NCBI RefSeq assembly: GCF_001194135.2
Contig: NC_068985.1
Location: 33,715,195 to 33,779,194 of the forward strand
Source of the DNA: Octopus bimaculoides
Lineage: Eukaryota
Length of the DNA: 64,000 bases
Direction of reading: 5' to 3'
The position numbers and the translations under genes are program-made. Shown here piece after piece: positions 37,556 through 51,444 of the stretch. The stretch's first letter is position 1; every line of letters begins with the position of its first letter. The notes beneath the pieces are model-generated. The model ran no database searches and was not told the origin of the DNA. It saw nothing but the letters and a program-made list of their open reading frames with translations.

Positions 37556-37970
37556 TAGGTGCAGGCATGGTTGTGTGGTAAGAAGCTTGCTTTCCAACCA
37601 CATGGTTGCAGGTTCAGTCCCACTGCATGGTACCTTAAGCAAGTGTCTTCTACTATAACCTAAGGCCAACTAAAGACTTGTGAGTGAATTTGGTAGATGG
37701 AAACTGAAAGAAGCCTGCCATTTGTGTGTGTGTATGTGTGTGTTTCTGTACTTGTTGCCCACCACTGCTTGACAACCGGTGTTGGTGTGTTTATGTCCCC
37801 ATAACTTAATAGTTCAGCAAAAGAGACTGCTAGCATGAGTACCAGCTCATTAAAAAAAAAAGAGGAAAAAAGTAAGTACTGAGATTAATTTATTCAACTA
37901 AATATCCTTCAAGGCAGTGTCTCAGCATGAACAGTCTAATGACTGAAATAAGTAAAAGTTAAAAGATAAC
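37556..37970 (+). mobile_element. tRNA-derived SINE family B, near full length
   Basis: GGTGCAGGCATGGTTGTGTGGTAAGAAGCTTGC...GGTTCAGTCCCACTGCATGG...GAAATAAGTAAAAG. Confidence 0.8.
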
Positions 37971-38114
37971 CAGTTTATCTAAAATTCATAGAATAGTTAG
38001 ATGGGTTTTGTAAAATGTGTTATCTATCTAAATATAAGCTCAAGTATGGCCGTGGGATTAAGAAGTTTACTTTGTAGTTTTCTGGTTCCAGGTTTGTAAC
38101 ATCTTGGTCTAAAT

Positions 38115-38457
38115 CAGTGGTTCTCAACTGGGGTTTATATAGTCCCCTGAGAGTCCAGATAAGATTTTGAGGGTCCATGCAATACAATAGTAAATTGTAG
38201 ATCTACAAAAGTATTTTAAGGGCCCCTGGAAAAAATTTGCTTTATATGTATGTATTGGTATGTATTGCAAGAAACAGCTGTTTCTTTCTCTAATTTTTTA
38301 CACCTAGACAAATTAATGTATGTAAAATAAAATAGGATTTTTGAAAGAAGTTTCTCTAAAACTAGTTTCTAAACATTGAATGGCTATGGGCGTCCACCAG
38401 AATAAAATAGTAATTAAAAGGGTCCATAGATAAAAAATGGTGGACAACCAACCCCTG
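38115..38457. mobile_element. hAT (Charlie-type) MITE
   Basis: Left end CAGTGGTTCTCAAC after GTCTAAAT. Right end degenerate (TGGACAACCAACCCCTG|GTCT). Confidence 0.55.
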
Positions 38458-38999
38458 GTCTTGGGTTTTCTGCTTTCGGCACTTAGGTTGACCTTATGTT
38501 GACCTTATGAGTAGAAGGTGCTCCTCCATGGCCACGGCTTGTTAAATTCTGATGATTGATTCCTGTTGCCAGTAGAAGTGAATGATTAGTTAGATTAGCC
38601 TTTAACATCAATGTCAATAATCTGTAATCATTAATGAGTCACACTATTAAAATCAATGTAATAGACTATGAAGCACATGTAGAGTTTGTGAACCTGGTTA
38701 TAACTTTGAAACAAAATATATTTTCTCTTGTGCTACTGTATACTTGACATTCAAATTCTACTTTGCCAACTTTACAGTCAATTTTCATATTTAAATATTC
38801 CATTATAACTTCAAGAAGGAACATTGTGATATGTAGCATAAAACTGAACATCTGAAGTCTAATCATTCTTATGCTTTGGGGTTTAGTATTCCAGTTATAA
38901 TTCTTTTCTTAGTGACTGATTTCAAGGTTTTTATTGTGTACAATGACTTTTCATCTTCAACTTTCATAACAGCAAATCTATGTGTTTTTAGATCACATT

Positions 39000-40170
<1,171 letters not shown>

Positions 40171-40504
40171 TATAAGTAGTGGTAGAGTAGCTTAATCGGT
40201 AGCACAATCAGTAGCATGCTGAACCACATACATAACAGTATTCAGCTATATTCCAATACATTGGGTTCAAACCATGATAAAGTTAATTTTGATTTTCATC
40301 TCTCTGAGATCAATAAAACAAGTTCTAATGTTCATTACGTGTAGCAGAAGAAGTATTAGTTTAAAATAGCTATCTGTGTATCATACTCAAAGCAGATATA
40401 CACTGAAAGCCTGATTAACTGCAGTATTCATCTTGAGATAGGAATTCTTATAGACATACAGTATTAAAAAACACTGATATATTTTTGTGTTTTTTAACAT
40501 TGTA

Positions 40505-41080
40505 CATCGTCGTCGTCGTTTAACGTCCACTTTCCATGCTAGCATGGGTTGGACGATTTGACTGAGGACTGGTGAAACCAGATGGCTACACCAGGCTCCA
40601 ATCTGATTTGGCAGAGTTTCTACAGCTGGATGCCCTTCCTAACGCCAACCACTCAGAGAGTGTAGTGGGTGCTTTTACGTGTCACCCGCACGAAGGCCAG
40701 TCAGTCGGTACTGGCAACGGCCACGCTCAAAATGGTGCATTTCATGTGCCACCCGCACAAAAAAAAAAAAAAAGAGAAACTATTCCAAGACAATATCACT
40801 GTAAATTAGGCTTTCAATGTTTTACATATGCTTTCAATGCTTCAAGTATGATACACAAATTGCTAAGTACTAATAATGTACAAGGATTAATTAACAGATA
40901 ATGTTCATCATCATCATCATCATTTAATGTCTGCTCTCCATGCTGGCATGGATTAGACAGTTTGACTGGAACTGGTAAGCCAGAGAGCTGCACCAAGTTT
41001 CAATCTGATTTGGCATGGTTTCTACAGCTGGATGCCCTTCCTAATGCCAACCACTCTGAGAGTGTAATGGGTGTTTTCAT
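40505..41080 (-). mobile_element. Two RTE 3'-end fragments
   Basis: 40505-40760 and 40905-41080 both read TTTAA.GTC..CT.TCCATGCT.GCATGG...CAGCTGGATGCCCTTCCTAA.GCCAACCACTC.GAGAGTGTA.TGGGTG. Confidence 0.8.
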
Positions 41081-41664
41081 TTTCTATAAATTAGAGACTT
41101 GTGACAGAGTTATAAATATATATCAACAATTTCATAGTATATTTCCATTCCATTACTGCTGTAATTGGAAATTAACGTTTGGTGTTTAAAGAGAAGAATT
41201 GTTATCGTACTAAAGTATATGTAACCAAGTTCAGTACTGTTTAATATGTTAGTTAAAGGTGTTTGTGCTAGACAGAAAAGGAATGAAGAAGAATCTCCTT
41301 GGAATATTCCTCTTCTAATAAAGATGTGGTTAATTTCTTAATTCTCTCTTTTGTCTATATTTACAAAATGGTTTACCATTTACTCATAACATGCTTAATG
41401 CATTTTCTTATTCCCAGTGCAATCATACTTACAGCAAATGTTCTCAGGATCTATGTGTGCAGAATATTGTCAAAACTCATCTGATAGACAATCCATGCCA
41501 TGTTCAGTCCATTCTGGCAACATCCCTGCTGCTCTTCTAAAAACAAGTTGATATTTTCTTATTTAAAAAAAAATTTATTTAGCCTCTGCAACGATATCAA
41601 AGTTAAGGTTTTGGATGTTGTTGGAAGGCAAGTTTTGAACCTTTAGTTTTCAGGGTTTGCCCTC

Positions 41665-41816
41665 AAGCAGAATGCTTAGTGACATTCTGGTTCTTTATGT
41701 TCTAAGCTCAAATCCTACCAAGGTTAACTTTACCTTTCTTTCTTTTGGAATTGATAAATAAGTACTGACTTAGCCCCTTCCCCTAAAATTGATGGCCTTG
41801 TGCCAGAATTCGAAGC

Positions 41817-41857
<41 letters not shown>

Positions 41858-42095
41858 TTATTATTATTGAATGTGGTAAGCTAGCAGAATTGTTAGCATG
41901 CCTGGAAAAATGCTTGGTGGCATTTCGTCCACGTTTACATTCTGAGTTCAAATTCTGCCAAGGTTGATTTTGCCTTTCATCCTTTTGGGGGTCAATATAA
42001 GTACCAGTAGAGCACTGGGGTCAATGTAATTGACTTACTCTCTACCCCAAAATTACTGGGCTTGTACCAAAATTTGAAACCATTATTACTATTAT
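41665..42095 (+). mobile_element. Two head-to-tail family A SINEs joined by (ATT)n
   Basis: Junction (ATT)n at 41818-41868. The second copy is near complete and ends AAAATTTGAAACCATTATT. Confidence 0.8.
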
Positions 42096-42199
42096 TGAAT
42101 GAGAGAGCATCACACACCATGCTAGGGTACAAATATACCCATGACTACTCATCCAATAAACATACACCAGGAACATGCTCACAACTATATGTTCTTAAC

Positions 42200-42530
42200 A
42201 TGGCGAATGTTCACAGCCTGGTAGCCACATATCAAGATAAACAGTGCATGATCTCAAATGTGGGGGCCCAGTTAGAATTCTCTTCAGGTTGAGTAGCCCA
42301 TTCCACTCAAAAGGTCCCTGAATAAGTGTTGTTTAAGGATGATGAATGAAACACCCATGTCTCCAGGTGTGACTTATTCATACCCCAAATAATCCCTCTC
42401 AATACATTGGTAGGATGTTCCCCAACTACTCTTATCCATGATCAGAGATGCACATATCATCAGCCACCAAGGGACATGCTTACCTGGTTAAGGTGAAGCA
42501 GCAGACAAGTCAATCTGTGGTAAAGTGCCA
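42200..42530. mobile_element. Probable SINE of another family
   Basis: GC-richer block (CTCAAAAGGTCCCTGAATAAG...GATCAGAGATGCACATATCATCAGCCAC) unlike its flanks. Single copy in the window. Confidence 0.35.
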
Positions 42531-42569
42531 GACAAAATGTTCTACAGTTTATTCTTTTATATGTTTACT

Positions 42570-42870
42570 TGTTTCGGTCATTTGATTATGGCCATGCTGG
42601 AGAACTGCTTTTAAGAGTTGTTGGTTGAATGTATTGACCCCAGTACATATTTACTTTTTAAGCCTGGTACTTATTCATTCTCTTATGCCAAACTACTAAA
42701 TTACACACCACAACACTTGTCAAGCAGAAGGAGACACAGACTCAAAGACACACATACATAGATATACATATATATGATAGTAAAGGACACTTACCCAAGG
42801 TGCCACACTGTGGGACTGAACCCAGAATCATGTGGTTGGGAAGCAAGCTTCTTACCACACAGCCATACCA
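42570..42870 (-). mobile_element. SINE family B
   Basis: GACACTTACCCAAGGTGCCACACTGTGGGACTGAACCC...AAGCTTCTTACCACACAGCCATA. Confidence 0.75.
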
Positions 42871-43214
42871 TTTATGTCATTTTTTACATTCTGAGTTCGA
42901 ATCTCAGAAAGGATCAAATTAAGGAGTCAATAAGTTAAGGAGCCAATTTAATCAACCATACTTCCACCAATATAAATATAGGACCAAGAGTTGATGTTAG
43001 AAATTAGCATTTACAGAACTGATTGGTAATCATACAAAGTGACTTGTTGTATATAGTTAGGTCAGTTTATGTTCTGAGTTCAAATTCTACTAAAGTCAAC
43101 TTTACATTTTATCTGCTTACAGTTGATGAAATTGTTACCAGCTATACTAGAATTAATTTAATTAATTATTCCTTAATCTCAAAATTTATGACTTTATACC
43201 TTTATACTAAGGTA

Positions 43215-43347
43215 TAATAGCCCTCCAGGCAATAACACAGGAATTCAAGACAGGATGCCCCTGGGAGCTCCTCTATGCTGATGACCTTGCCCTAATTGCT
43301 GAGTCACTATCAGAACTAGAGGAGAAGTTTCAGGTGTGGAAGCAAAG
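43215..43347 (+). mobile_element. RTE-clade RT catalytic fragment
   Basis: ALQAITQEFKTGCPWELLYADDLALIAESLSELEEKFQVWKQ. Confidence 0.75.
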
Positions 43348-43885
43348 ACTTGATCAGGAAGGATATTTTTTCATTGTTCCCAAGCCCAAATTTCCTTCCA
43401 TGAGATTCTGCGACTGACCACATATTCCTCCCATCTCAGGTATGACGTTGTTTCCAGTCATTGGTAAAAAATATATTTATTCATGGGGAAATACTACCTT
43501 CCTTAGAATCAGATGAGGGTCAGCAACATCCAGCCATAGAAAATCTGCCTCGAATTCTGTTTAACCCATGCAAGCTTGGAAAAGTGTACATTAAACGATG
43601 ACAATGATAATAAAGATGATGAAAGACAATTTTAAGCTGCAATCACATAATTTGCATTAATATATTAGCAGAATTAATAGAACAGCAGATTTGATCCAGA
43701 ACTTGTTGTTAGCTACTGTAAAACCATTGAACAACAGTGTGATCCACTTGAGGAATTTTCATCTCAGAAATATAAGAACTGTATTATCCAATCAATACAG
43801 AGCCAAAGAAGCTAGTTTTTGATACAAATTATACTTTAATATGCAAGATTAATTTCTTTGAAGCTAATAATAAGTTCTTAAATTT

Positions 43886-44000
43886 ACCAGGTGGTATCAA
43901 AAAGTTCCTGGACTAGATCTGTAACATGCCAACTGATGGCAGCACACAGTTGCATGCACAGCAAGAGCTAGCAGTGACCTTCATGAGGCAGTGACAGTAC
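43886..44000. mobile_element. mariner-type terminal fragment
   Basis: TA|CCAGGTGGTATCAAAAAGTTCCTGGACT resembles a mariner TIR. No partner end found. Confidence 0.4.
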
Positions 44001-44049
44001 TGTGTTTACTTTGCAAGTTGTGAAGGTTGTGTTTTTGTGATCATGTGTA

Positions 44050-44815
44050 TGCTGTAGTCTGCAATTTTGTCATGCACATTTTCCCATAGCACTGTCAGCT
44101 CTAGCAAAATTCCAATTCTCCATTCTGTATTCCATAGGATTAAGTCCGGTCTTTTTGTTGTTTTTATGAGTGGAAATATTAAAAGGCTTTCCAAGTCTGT
44201 GGCCAGCTCCCAGTATCCCTTCCATGTTTCGTCTGTCTCATATACTTTATTTGAAGGCCTGGCCTTATGTCCTTGTTCCCTCCTTCTGGAAGTATATCCT
44301 TCTGCACTTTTCCACTTTTGGGTGCTCTCTCCTGTTATATCCCTTGATCTTCTCTTTGAGTGCTGCACTTATGACACTGAGGACTTGATTGTGATGCCAT
44401 GTATATCTATCTAGTGCTAGCCTGCAGTTTGACAGAACATGTCTCACTGTTGCTTTCTCTCTGCATCTACATTCATCTGTTGTTTGTATGTTCCACTGGA
44501 CTAAATTGGTCAGTGAAGGTAAAACATCGAAGGTAGACTTGATCAGGAAGGATATTTTTCATTGTTCCCAAGCCCGAATTTCCTTCCATGAGATTCTGCA
44601 ACTGACCACATATTCCTCCCATCTCAGGTATTGTCCCAGTTGACTACATTTCACCTTTCTTCTTCCTCCTTTCTTACTTCATGTACCACTGCCTCTTTCA
44701 TCTCTTTTACACTGCTCATGCAGAATGGCTTGAAAGTTTGCAACCCTAGACCGGCTCTTTCTTCTTGCATCACTCTGACTATATCAGCATGCCTTAGCTT
44801 TCCAATTACCCTGTT
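44050..44815 (-). mobile_element. HERO/NeSL-type LINE fragment (CCHC knuckle plus restriction-like endonuclease)
   Basis: RHVLSNCRLALDRYTWHHNQVL and KRPDLILWN...ILLELTVLWE in frameshifted ORFs. Confidence 0.75.
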
Positions 44816-44884
44816 TAATGGATATTGAACTGTGTCATTGAACTGTGTCATTGAACTGACACAACCTGTCAGAATAGTTTAAAG

Positions 44885-45070
44885 CAGTGCTCCACAACTT
44901 TTTTTCACTTGCAGTACACTTACATTCTTTTCAAAATTTGGCAACACACCTGAACTAAAAATATAACTAAAAATATCAGGAAAAAAATTATATTCAGGTT
45001 ACACTGCGGCACACCCAGCATCATTTCATGACACACCAGTGTGCTATGACATACCAGTTGCAGAGCACTA
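44885..45070. mobile_element. hAT MITE
   Basis: TIRs CAGTGCTCCACAAC / GTTGCAGAGCACTA. 8-bp TSD GTTTAAAG (44877-44884) and GTATAAAG (45071-45078). Confidence 0.8.
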
Positions 45071-45900
45071 GTATAAAGTAATATAATTTTAATTTCCAGG
45101 AAAGTCTTATAACAAGTTTTTTTTCTTTGTTGAGCATGCCATGACTCATTTACTAGCCCCAGCAATCTAAAAATATCTCGTATAGCTACATGGTTTCAGG
45201 ATTATAGGAGAAAGAATATGAATTTTCATGACAATAAGACAAAGAGCTCCATATTAACCAGACTATTGGATGTGGTTATATATCACTGGTCACAATGCAT
45301 TTCCTTGAATTCTTGGAGTTTTCAAATGATGTCACTCAGCTGGCTAGGTAGGGAGGCCAATATACTCCCTGGATGGATTGCCTGTCTATTGCAGGGTTGC
45401 CTATTTACAGCTGAATGGACAAGAACAATGTGAAATTGTTCTGTCATGAGTTGTGCATAAAGGTGGAGAATTGATATTACCCAAATAAATATTTGGATAT
45501 GGTTATCTAGAATAACCTATTGCAGAATTAATATGTTCACACAGAACATACTTTGTACTACTCCAAACACAGTCACGATATTAAACTAACACAGTAACCA
45601 ATATAGATGATCAACGCTGTTAACTGTACCACTGTCAACTGCTGAGAATTCATATAGTTCTTTATTTTATTGAAAAGCGTTAGTCCACTTTCAGTCATGT
45701 GGGTTGGTGGTCAGAATCCTTCCACAACAGAAATGAAGTGTTTTGCTCAAGAATGATGCATTGCCAGTCTGGGAATCAAAATCATGATCTTGCGATCATG
45801 AGTGCAACACTCTAACCACTGGGCCATACATCGTCACTTATGACAAATATATGACGTTTTTCTTAGAAGCACAATTGCTGTGAAATGAAACTGGGGCATA

Positions 45901-47142
45901 CGAGGATGGGCTGAAAAGCTCACAGGCTGGCTATGAAGGAGTGATGCTAGAGCCATGAAATCTTGCATGCATTAATTCCAACTCTTCTAATGAACAACTG
46001 CATTGTTTCTTTCCAGGTAAATTGACATCAGACTGTTCAAAGAAGACTTCAAAAGTAGCAAGTAGCAACTTCTCTTAAAAATGGACAAAATTTGGCATCA
46101 TGGTGTTGTCCAGTACCTGCAGGGAAAGGGTTAAGCACCCAAAGATATTCATGCTGACATGGTAGCTACATTAGGAGATGACACACCAGCTTTATCAACA
46201 GTTCAAAAGTGGGCAGCTAAATTTAGGAGGAGTAGGGAGAGTCTTGAAGATCAGCCAAGGTCTGGACGTCTTGCATCTACCACCGCCAAGGAAAACGTTG
46301 ACTGTGTTCACCATATAGTGATGGATGACAGGTAGTTGACTATAAATCAAACAGCCAATGCTATTAGTATATCCCAGGTGTGAGTTGAGAATATTTTGCA
46401 CAATGAACTTGGCAGAACAAAGTTTTATGCTCAGTGCATGCCATATTTTCTGATACCTGATAAAAAGCACATCTGGTTGATCACATCACAGGAATAATTG
46501 ACGTTGTTCTAGGCAGATCCAGCTGGTATCCTTGAATGTTATGTAATGCTATATGAGTGTTGTGTTCATCACTTTGAGCTAGATACAATGAGACAATTCT
46601 TGAGTGGAAACACTCCTCCTCACCTGCTCCAAGGTCATTTCATCTGCAGGAAAGGTGATGATCTCAGTTTTGGGGAATGAAAAAGGCATTGTGTTTATTG
46701 ACTATCTTCAAAAGGGTCAACCATCAATGGAGAATATTATGCCATGCTGAGGCAGTTATGAAAGGCTATCAAGATCAAACACCCAAAAGAGGTCTTGTTT
46801 CATGAGGACAATGCCCCAGCATACAAGTCCTTGGTTTCAATGGCTGCTGTGTGTGATTGTGGATTTGAACTGGTTGACCACCCTCCCTATTCTCCTGATT
46901 TGGCTTCATCTAACTATCATCTATTCCCCAACATGAAAAAAACACTTGGCAGTATTGCAGTGATGATGATGTCATATCTGCTGTTGATGACTTTTTTAAC
47001 CAACAAAATGAAAGCATTTTCATCAATGGGATCCAAACAATTCAGTACCAATGAAAGAAATGGGTGAACCACAAGGGAGACTATATTGGAAAATAACCTC
47101 ATTTGGTCATATTCCATGAGAGCATCTTGGTCAGCCAATGAA
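45901..47142 (+). mobile_element. Degenerate mariner transposon
   Basis: TA|CGAGGATGGGCTGAAAAG left TIR. Transposase from 46081 (TVQKWAAKFRR.RESLED.PRSGR) with HEDNAPAY and HPPYSPDLA. Many stops; partial right TIR GTCAGCCAATGAA. Confidence 0.85.
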
Positions 47143-49249
47143 GTGAAGTGATGTAATTCTAACCAAGAATTGAAATCAAGTTGTTAAGCTTAACACCATT
47201 CAGGAAAATATTGAATATTCCTCTTTTTTTTTAGACTGTATCATAGTTCTATCTATACTTACTACTGAAACTAATATGTAATGGTTAAAACAATATAAAT
47301 GGTAAATAGCAGATGAATGTATGGTTTAAACATAAACGTTACTTCCAAATAATAATAGTTGCTATTTCGTGACAACACACCAAATTATCAAATCAATCAT
47401 AAGGCACGTCTAAGATGATCATTAAAGCTTAGACATCTTGAATTCTGTAAATATTTATGTATTAATATAACTTAGAAGTGTTGTTTTGTGTTGGTTGTTT
47501 CTATTGCATTAGTTGTGGAGGATTAACAAAACAATTTCATTAGTAAATGGAGAAAAAAATCAATAAGCCAAAGCCAATTAAATGAATTAAATATTGCTTC
47601 GTGTATTTGCACGCATCAGAATATTTAGCTTAAATTTCCATTCTGTAGCAGATAAGGTTCCAGATGGCGTTAGATCAAAATAGCATTTGATATTAAACTA
47701 CCAGATCTTTGCTAAAACAACTGATATTGGTGAAATTAGAATAGCATTCAGAAATATCTCCTGAGCAATGTCCAATTGTCAGTGTTATACATGAATCTCT
47801 CTGTAGATGTAATGACTTTTACAATATTGAATTGTTTTGTACTTTCTTTCCTGCCAGTAGAGCAAAGTAGCTAGTCACTGAACTAATTACCTTACAATAT
47901 TTACATTTATCACTCAAATCCTGTCAGTGTCAACTTTGCCTTTTATACAACTTCCAAAGTCAATGAAATAAAGTAACAGTCAGGTATTGGAGTGGATTTA
48001 ATCAATAATATTAGAGTTGTTGCATAACCCAAAACAGAGCCTTACAGATCCACTTCCATCATATTCTTAGCAATAAAGCTAGCATAATCACCACAGGCCC
48101 TTCTTTAGATGTAATAGCACCTCATAAAAAGAGCATTTTTATTTCAACAAAATAATGTACTTCTCTCTTTCAGCAAAAATTTGATATTGCATAAAAGTAA
48201 TTACTTTATTATATACAATAACAGATTGATGGCAAACAAAGGAAAGATTTCAACTCTCCTATCAATGAATATAATGTAGAACCTACAATCTTAATCCTAT
48301 TATTACTCTATTTCTGTGAAAATAAGCAGTTAATTTTGAAAACAATAAAGAATTTTGTAAAATAACTTTGTTTTTATTAAGCTGATATTTGGAGCCTAAA
48401 TCAACATGAAATTTTGACATAAAGTTTTAATTTAGATCATTTTAAAAAATTAAGTTTGTATTAAAAAACCAGGGGCAATTTCTGGCAGGTTGGTGTCCAA
48501 AAGGCTAAATAAGGAAAGGGCACATAAGATAATGTAGTCCTAGATCTAAATAACTCTTAAAAGGCAAAATAGTTTTAGCTAGAATGACTTTAATCATAAG
48601 TCTGTTCAATCAGGGTCGACTTGAAGGTACACAAAAACAAGTGTAGACATGTACACAAATGTGAACTTTTCAATAGCAAAGGTTTACCAAGAGAATTTAG
48701 ATTTTCATCCAACCCATAAATATCTCTCTCTCTCTCTCTCTCTCTTTCTTTCTTTTAATATTTCTAGAGATAGTAAATTGCCAGAACTGTGAGATAAAAA
48801 TTCCTGGCAGAATTTATTCTGACACTTTTCTCAGTTCAAATCACTACTAAAGTCGATTTTGCTGTTGATCTTCCTAAGGTCAATAAATAAAATATTCGTC
48901 TAAAGTATTGGATTGATGAAAACATTATTGTATTAGAGGAAATACATTGTAGTATTTATTCCAGTTCTTTGTGTTCTGAGATCAAATTCTGTTGTTGATT
49001 ACATGAATAGTAGAGTTAATCCATCACCCAGTTTAACACAACCACCTGGTCTTTAGGTACCCTTAGCAGAGTCCACTCTGTTGCAAATATATGGACCTCT
49101 GGTTTGGGGATACCTTCTTTCTCCCTTCAACCAGTCATGGAAGCTCTGTAAAGCATGTTGGGCACTACTCTTCCTTCCTGACTAAAACCTTAGGAAAAAA
49201 GTAGGGTTCCTAAAATATCAGACAAGTGAGTTAATTCTTCATGTCCTAT

Positions 49250-49480
49250 TATTGGTGCTGTATTGCATCCATAACCAACACACTTAACTCTCGCTATCAC
49301 TGTCTACTTTTCAAGATAATCAAACCAAATTTTCATCATTTCTAGCCACTCACCCAATGAGTATTTCTGCTAAATTTGGTGAAAATCCGTTCTGTCGTTT
49401 TCCAGTAATTTTGCAAACACACAGACAAGCAAATGAAGCCAAGTGATTACCATACCCTGCTTTCGAAGGATAAAAATAAG
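49250..49480 (+). mobile_element. Possible non-autonomous Helentron/DINE-like fragment
   Basis: ACCAAATTTTCATC...AAATTTGGTGAAAATCCGTTC...ACACACAGACAAG...ATACCC with a short terminal hairpin followed by an A-run. Recognised from pattern memory only. Confidence 0.35.
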
Positions 49481-49834
49481 AAGAAATAAGAAGAAAAACA
49501 TCTTCGCTGGCTGCACAAACTAGCTGCTTATAGTGAAATTGGAGACGTATACTCGATAGTCACCCACAACTTATGTAAAAAATTTTATCTTAAAAAATGT
49601 TTATAATACATTGACCTACTATTGTGCATGTGTTTTTATGCGTCTGGGTACACATTTCCAAGGTGTCTGACCGACTGACCACTTATCAGCTTGTTATTAC
49701 TTATTCACATGAAAGCTGTTATTTTGATATTGTATATGAGAGAGTTATTATAGTTTTAATATAACTGAAATAATTAACAAGAAAAAGAAGAAAGAAAACT
49801 GTTTTGCAGTAACTTTTTGTTTACGCCATCAAGT

Positions 49835-50143
49835 ATGTGGAGAAAATTACTTTTAAATTGTATCTCGTATTCAGGTTACAAGAAGTTTTATATTTCCAAT
49901 TTAACTACATTTTCATATGGCAACAAACTATATTCAAACTATATGCGCCTAAGTTCGAGTTATGATACAAGTCGTCTAAAACGTAACACATTCCCTAACA
50001 GCTGTTGTTATATATCGAATCTCTCAAACTCCCCAACAGCTATCACTAATTATGAAGAAGAAAGAAAAACATTTTCTGTTAATGTACCAGATTTCTTTAA
50101 TTTTACTTCGGATGTTATTCAACATTGGGCAACCTGCCAAAAG
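49835..50143 (+). CDS. ACSM3: ACSM-family acyl-CoA synthetase, coding exon 1 (presequence plus start of mature domain)
   Basis: ATG at 49835 gives MWRKLLLNC...NYEEERKTFSVNVPDFFNFTSDVIQHWATCQK, then donor AAG|GTAATC at 50144 (phase 0). The FxxxVPxxFNFxxDVxxxW motif is typical of the ACSM N-terminus. Symbol is a family-level call. Confidence 0.85.
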
Positions 50144-50540
50144 GTAATCAATCAATTTATACTTTATTTTTGTTGTTTAGCATTTAATGATTCAGACGTT
50201 CTAGTCGTGACCCTATCGCCTTATTTTCTGACATAATCTATTTATAACAATATTACCAAATGTATTCTTGTTGTGGTTGCTTAAATATATAAAAAAGTTC
50301 AATACCGAAATATGAATTGAAGCTATAGAATGGCTAAAATTTCAGGGAAGAATATGGTCCTGAGGTTTATACCTCGAATAAGTTTGGAGTGTGATTCCAC
50401 GCCGTAAACATTGCTCCATGAGAACCACATATATAATTACTTTTTTAAGATGGTAAAATGTGATTTGAAGTAGATTTGGCTGCTATTTCAAATAGATAAA
50501 ACATTCGCATTGAGGACCCATACACCCCGTTGCTTTAAAA

Positions 50541-50641
50541 GCGAAGGTAAAGAATACGTACACCACCCGTTTTCGGCGTAACAAAAGCCTTAATTCTAAC
50601 TCTAACCCTAAACACGGGGTGTACGTATTCTTTACTTTCGC
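50541..50641. repeat. 24-bp inverted repeat enclosing telomere-like CTAACTCTAACCCTAA
   Basis: GCGAAGGTAAAGAATACGTACACC (50541-50564) pairs with GGTGTACGTATTCTTTACTTTCGC (50618-50641), one mismatch. Confidence 0.8.
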
Positions 50642-51243
50642 CGTCTTATGTATACATTATGTATGCTGATAATAATCCTATGCCAATGTGGTTGTTTACG
50701 AAGTCGCTCCGCCACCCTTGAATCGCACACCACAATGTTGAAGGCACTAATGTTTACATACCGCATGATAAAAAGATTTGGTGGTCTTATTCCATCAAGG
50801 CTAAACAACACCAGTTTACGGGATATTAAGAAGGGGATAAATCAAACATTACTCGCGAAATGTTGCTGTTTTGTTCTTTATTTTAGTTTGAAAATAGTTG
50901 TAAATTAACAACAATTAAATTGATATACTCTAGATACTAACACAATTACTTTTTTATTTTTATTTTAACAAGTTAAATTAGAATGTACATTCTATTGTGT
51001 ATTTTTCTCCTGGTAACAAGAACATAGTATTTCTTCAGAAAAAAAATTATAGTGCTGAACAACAGCAAAACATTCCTTTCGAAGAAAAAAAAACTATAGT
51101 ACAAGTAATACAGACGCATTTAAAGTTTGACCTATATATAATTTTCGGGAACCGCGTATTTCAGCATCTGAAACAAACATTTTAAAATGTAAAACAATAT
51201 GTGATGATACGCAAAAATATGCAGCTTTCTAAATTCTCGTCTT

Positions 51244-51440
51244 ACTTTAAAGGCATTCCAACAATAACCATCCTGTCTTTTAAAAACATTCCAACCGAGA
51301 CCATCCCATCTTTTCAAAATGGTTTAACTGTGACTGTCTTGTCATTTTCAAATCGTTCCGACAGTGTCTGTCTTGTCTTTTTAAGAGCATTCCAGCTGAG
51401 ACCATCCAGTTTTTTCAAGAGTATTCCAAACGTGACCATC
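51244..51440. repeat. About 33-bp minisatellite, about 6 diverged units
   Basis: Unit like TTTTAAAAACATTCCAACCGAGACCATCCCATC. Confidence 0.7.
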
Positions 51441-51444
51441 TCAC

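Larger units (their letters stand above)
49490..50830. promoter_or_regulatory. Probable ACSM promoter/first-exon region (CpG-retaining)
   Basis: CpG dinucleotides are visibly more frequent here than in flanking DNA, where repeats show CpG-to-TpG/CpA decay. The region surrounds the first coding exon. TSS not located. Confidence 0.4.

Noticed and set aside
38666-38866. 66-aa minus-strand ORF
   Set aside because: No recognisable domain and no convincing paired splice sites.
41433-41536. Selenoprotein exon (RAAGMLPEWTEHGMDCLSDEF-UGA-QYSAHIDPENIC)
   Set aside because: No resemblance to a selenoprotein family I know, no redox motif around the UGA, no SECIS seen, and no in-phase partner exons.
49456-49501. 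Minus-strand first coding exon MFFFLFLLIFILRKQG
   Set aside because: The hydrophobic string comes from an A-rich run at the end of a probable transposon remnant, and no coding continuation was found.
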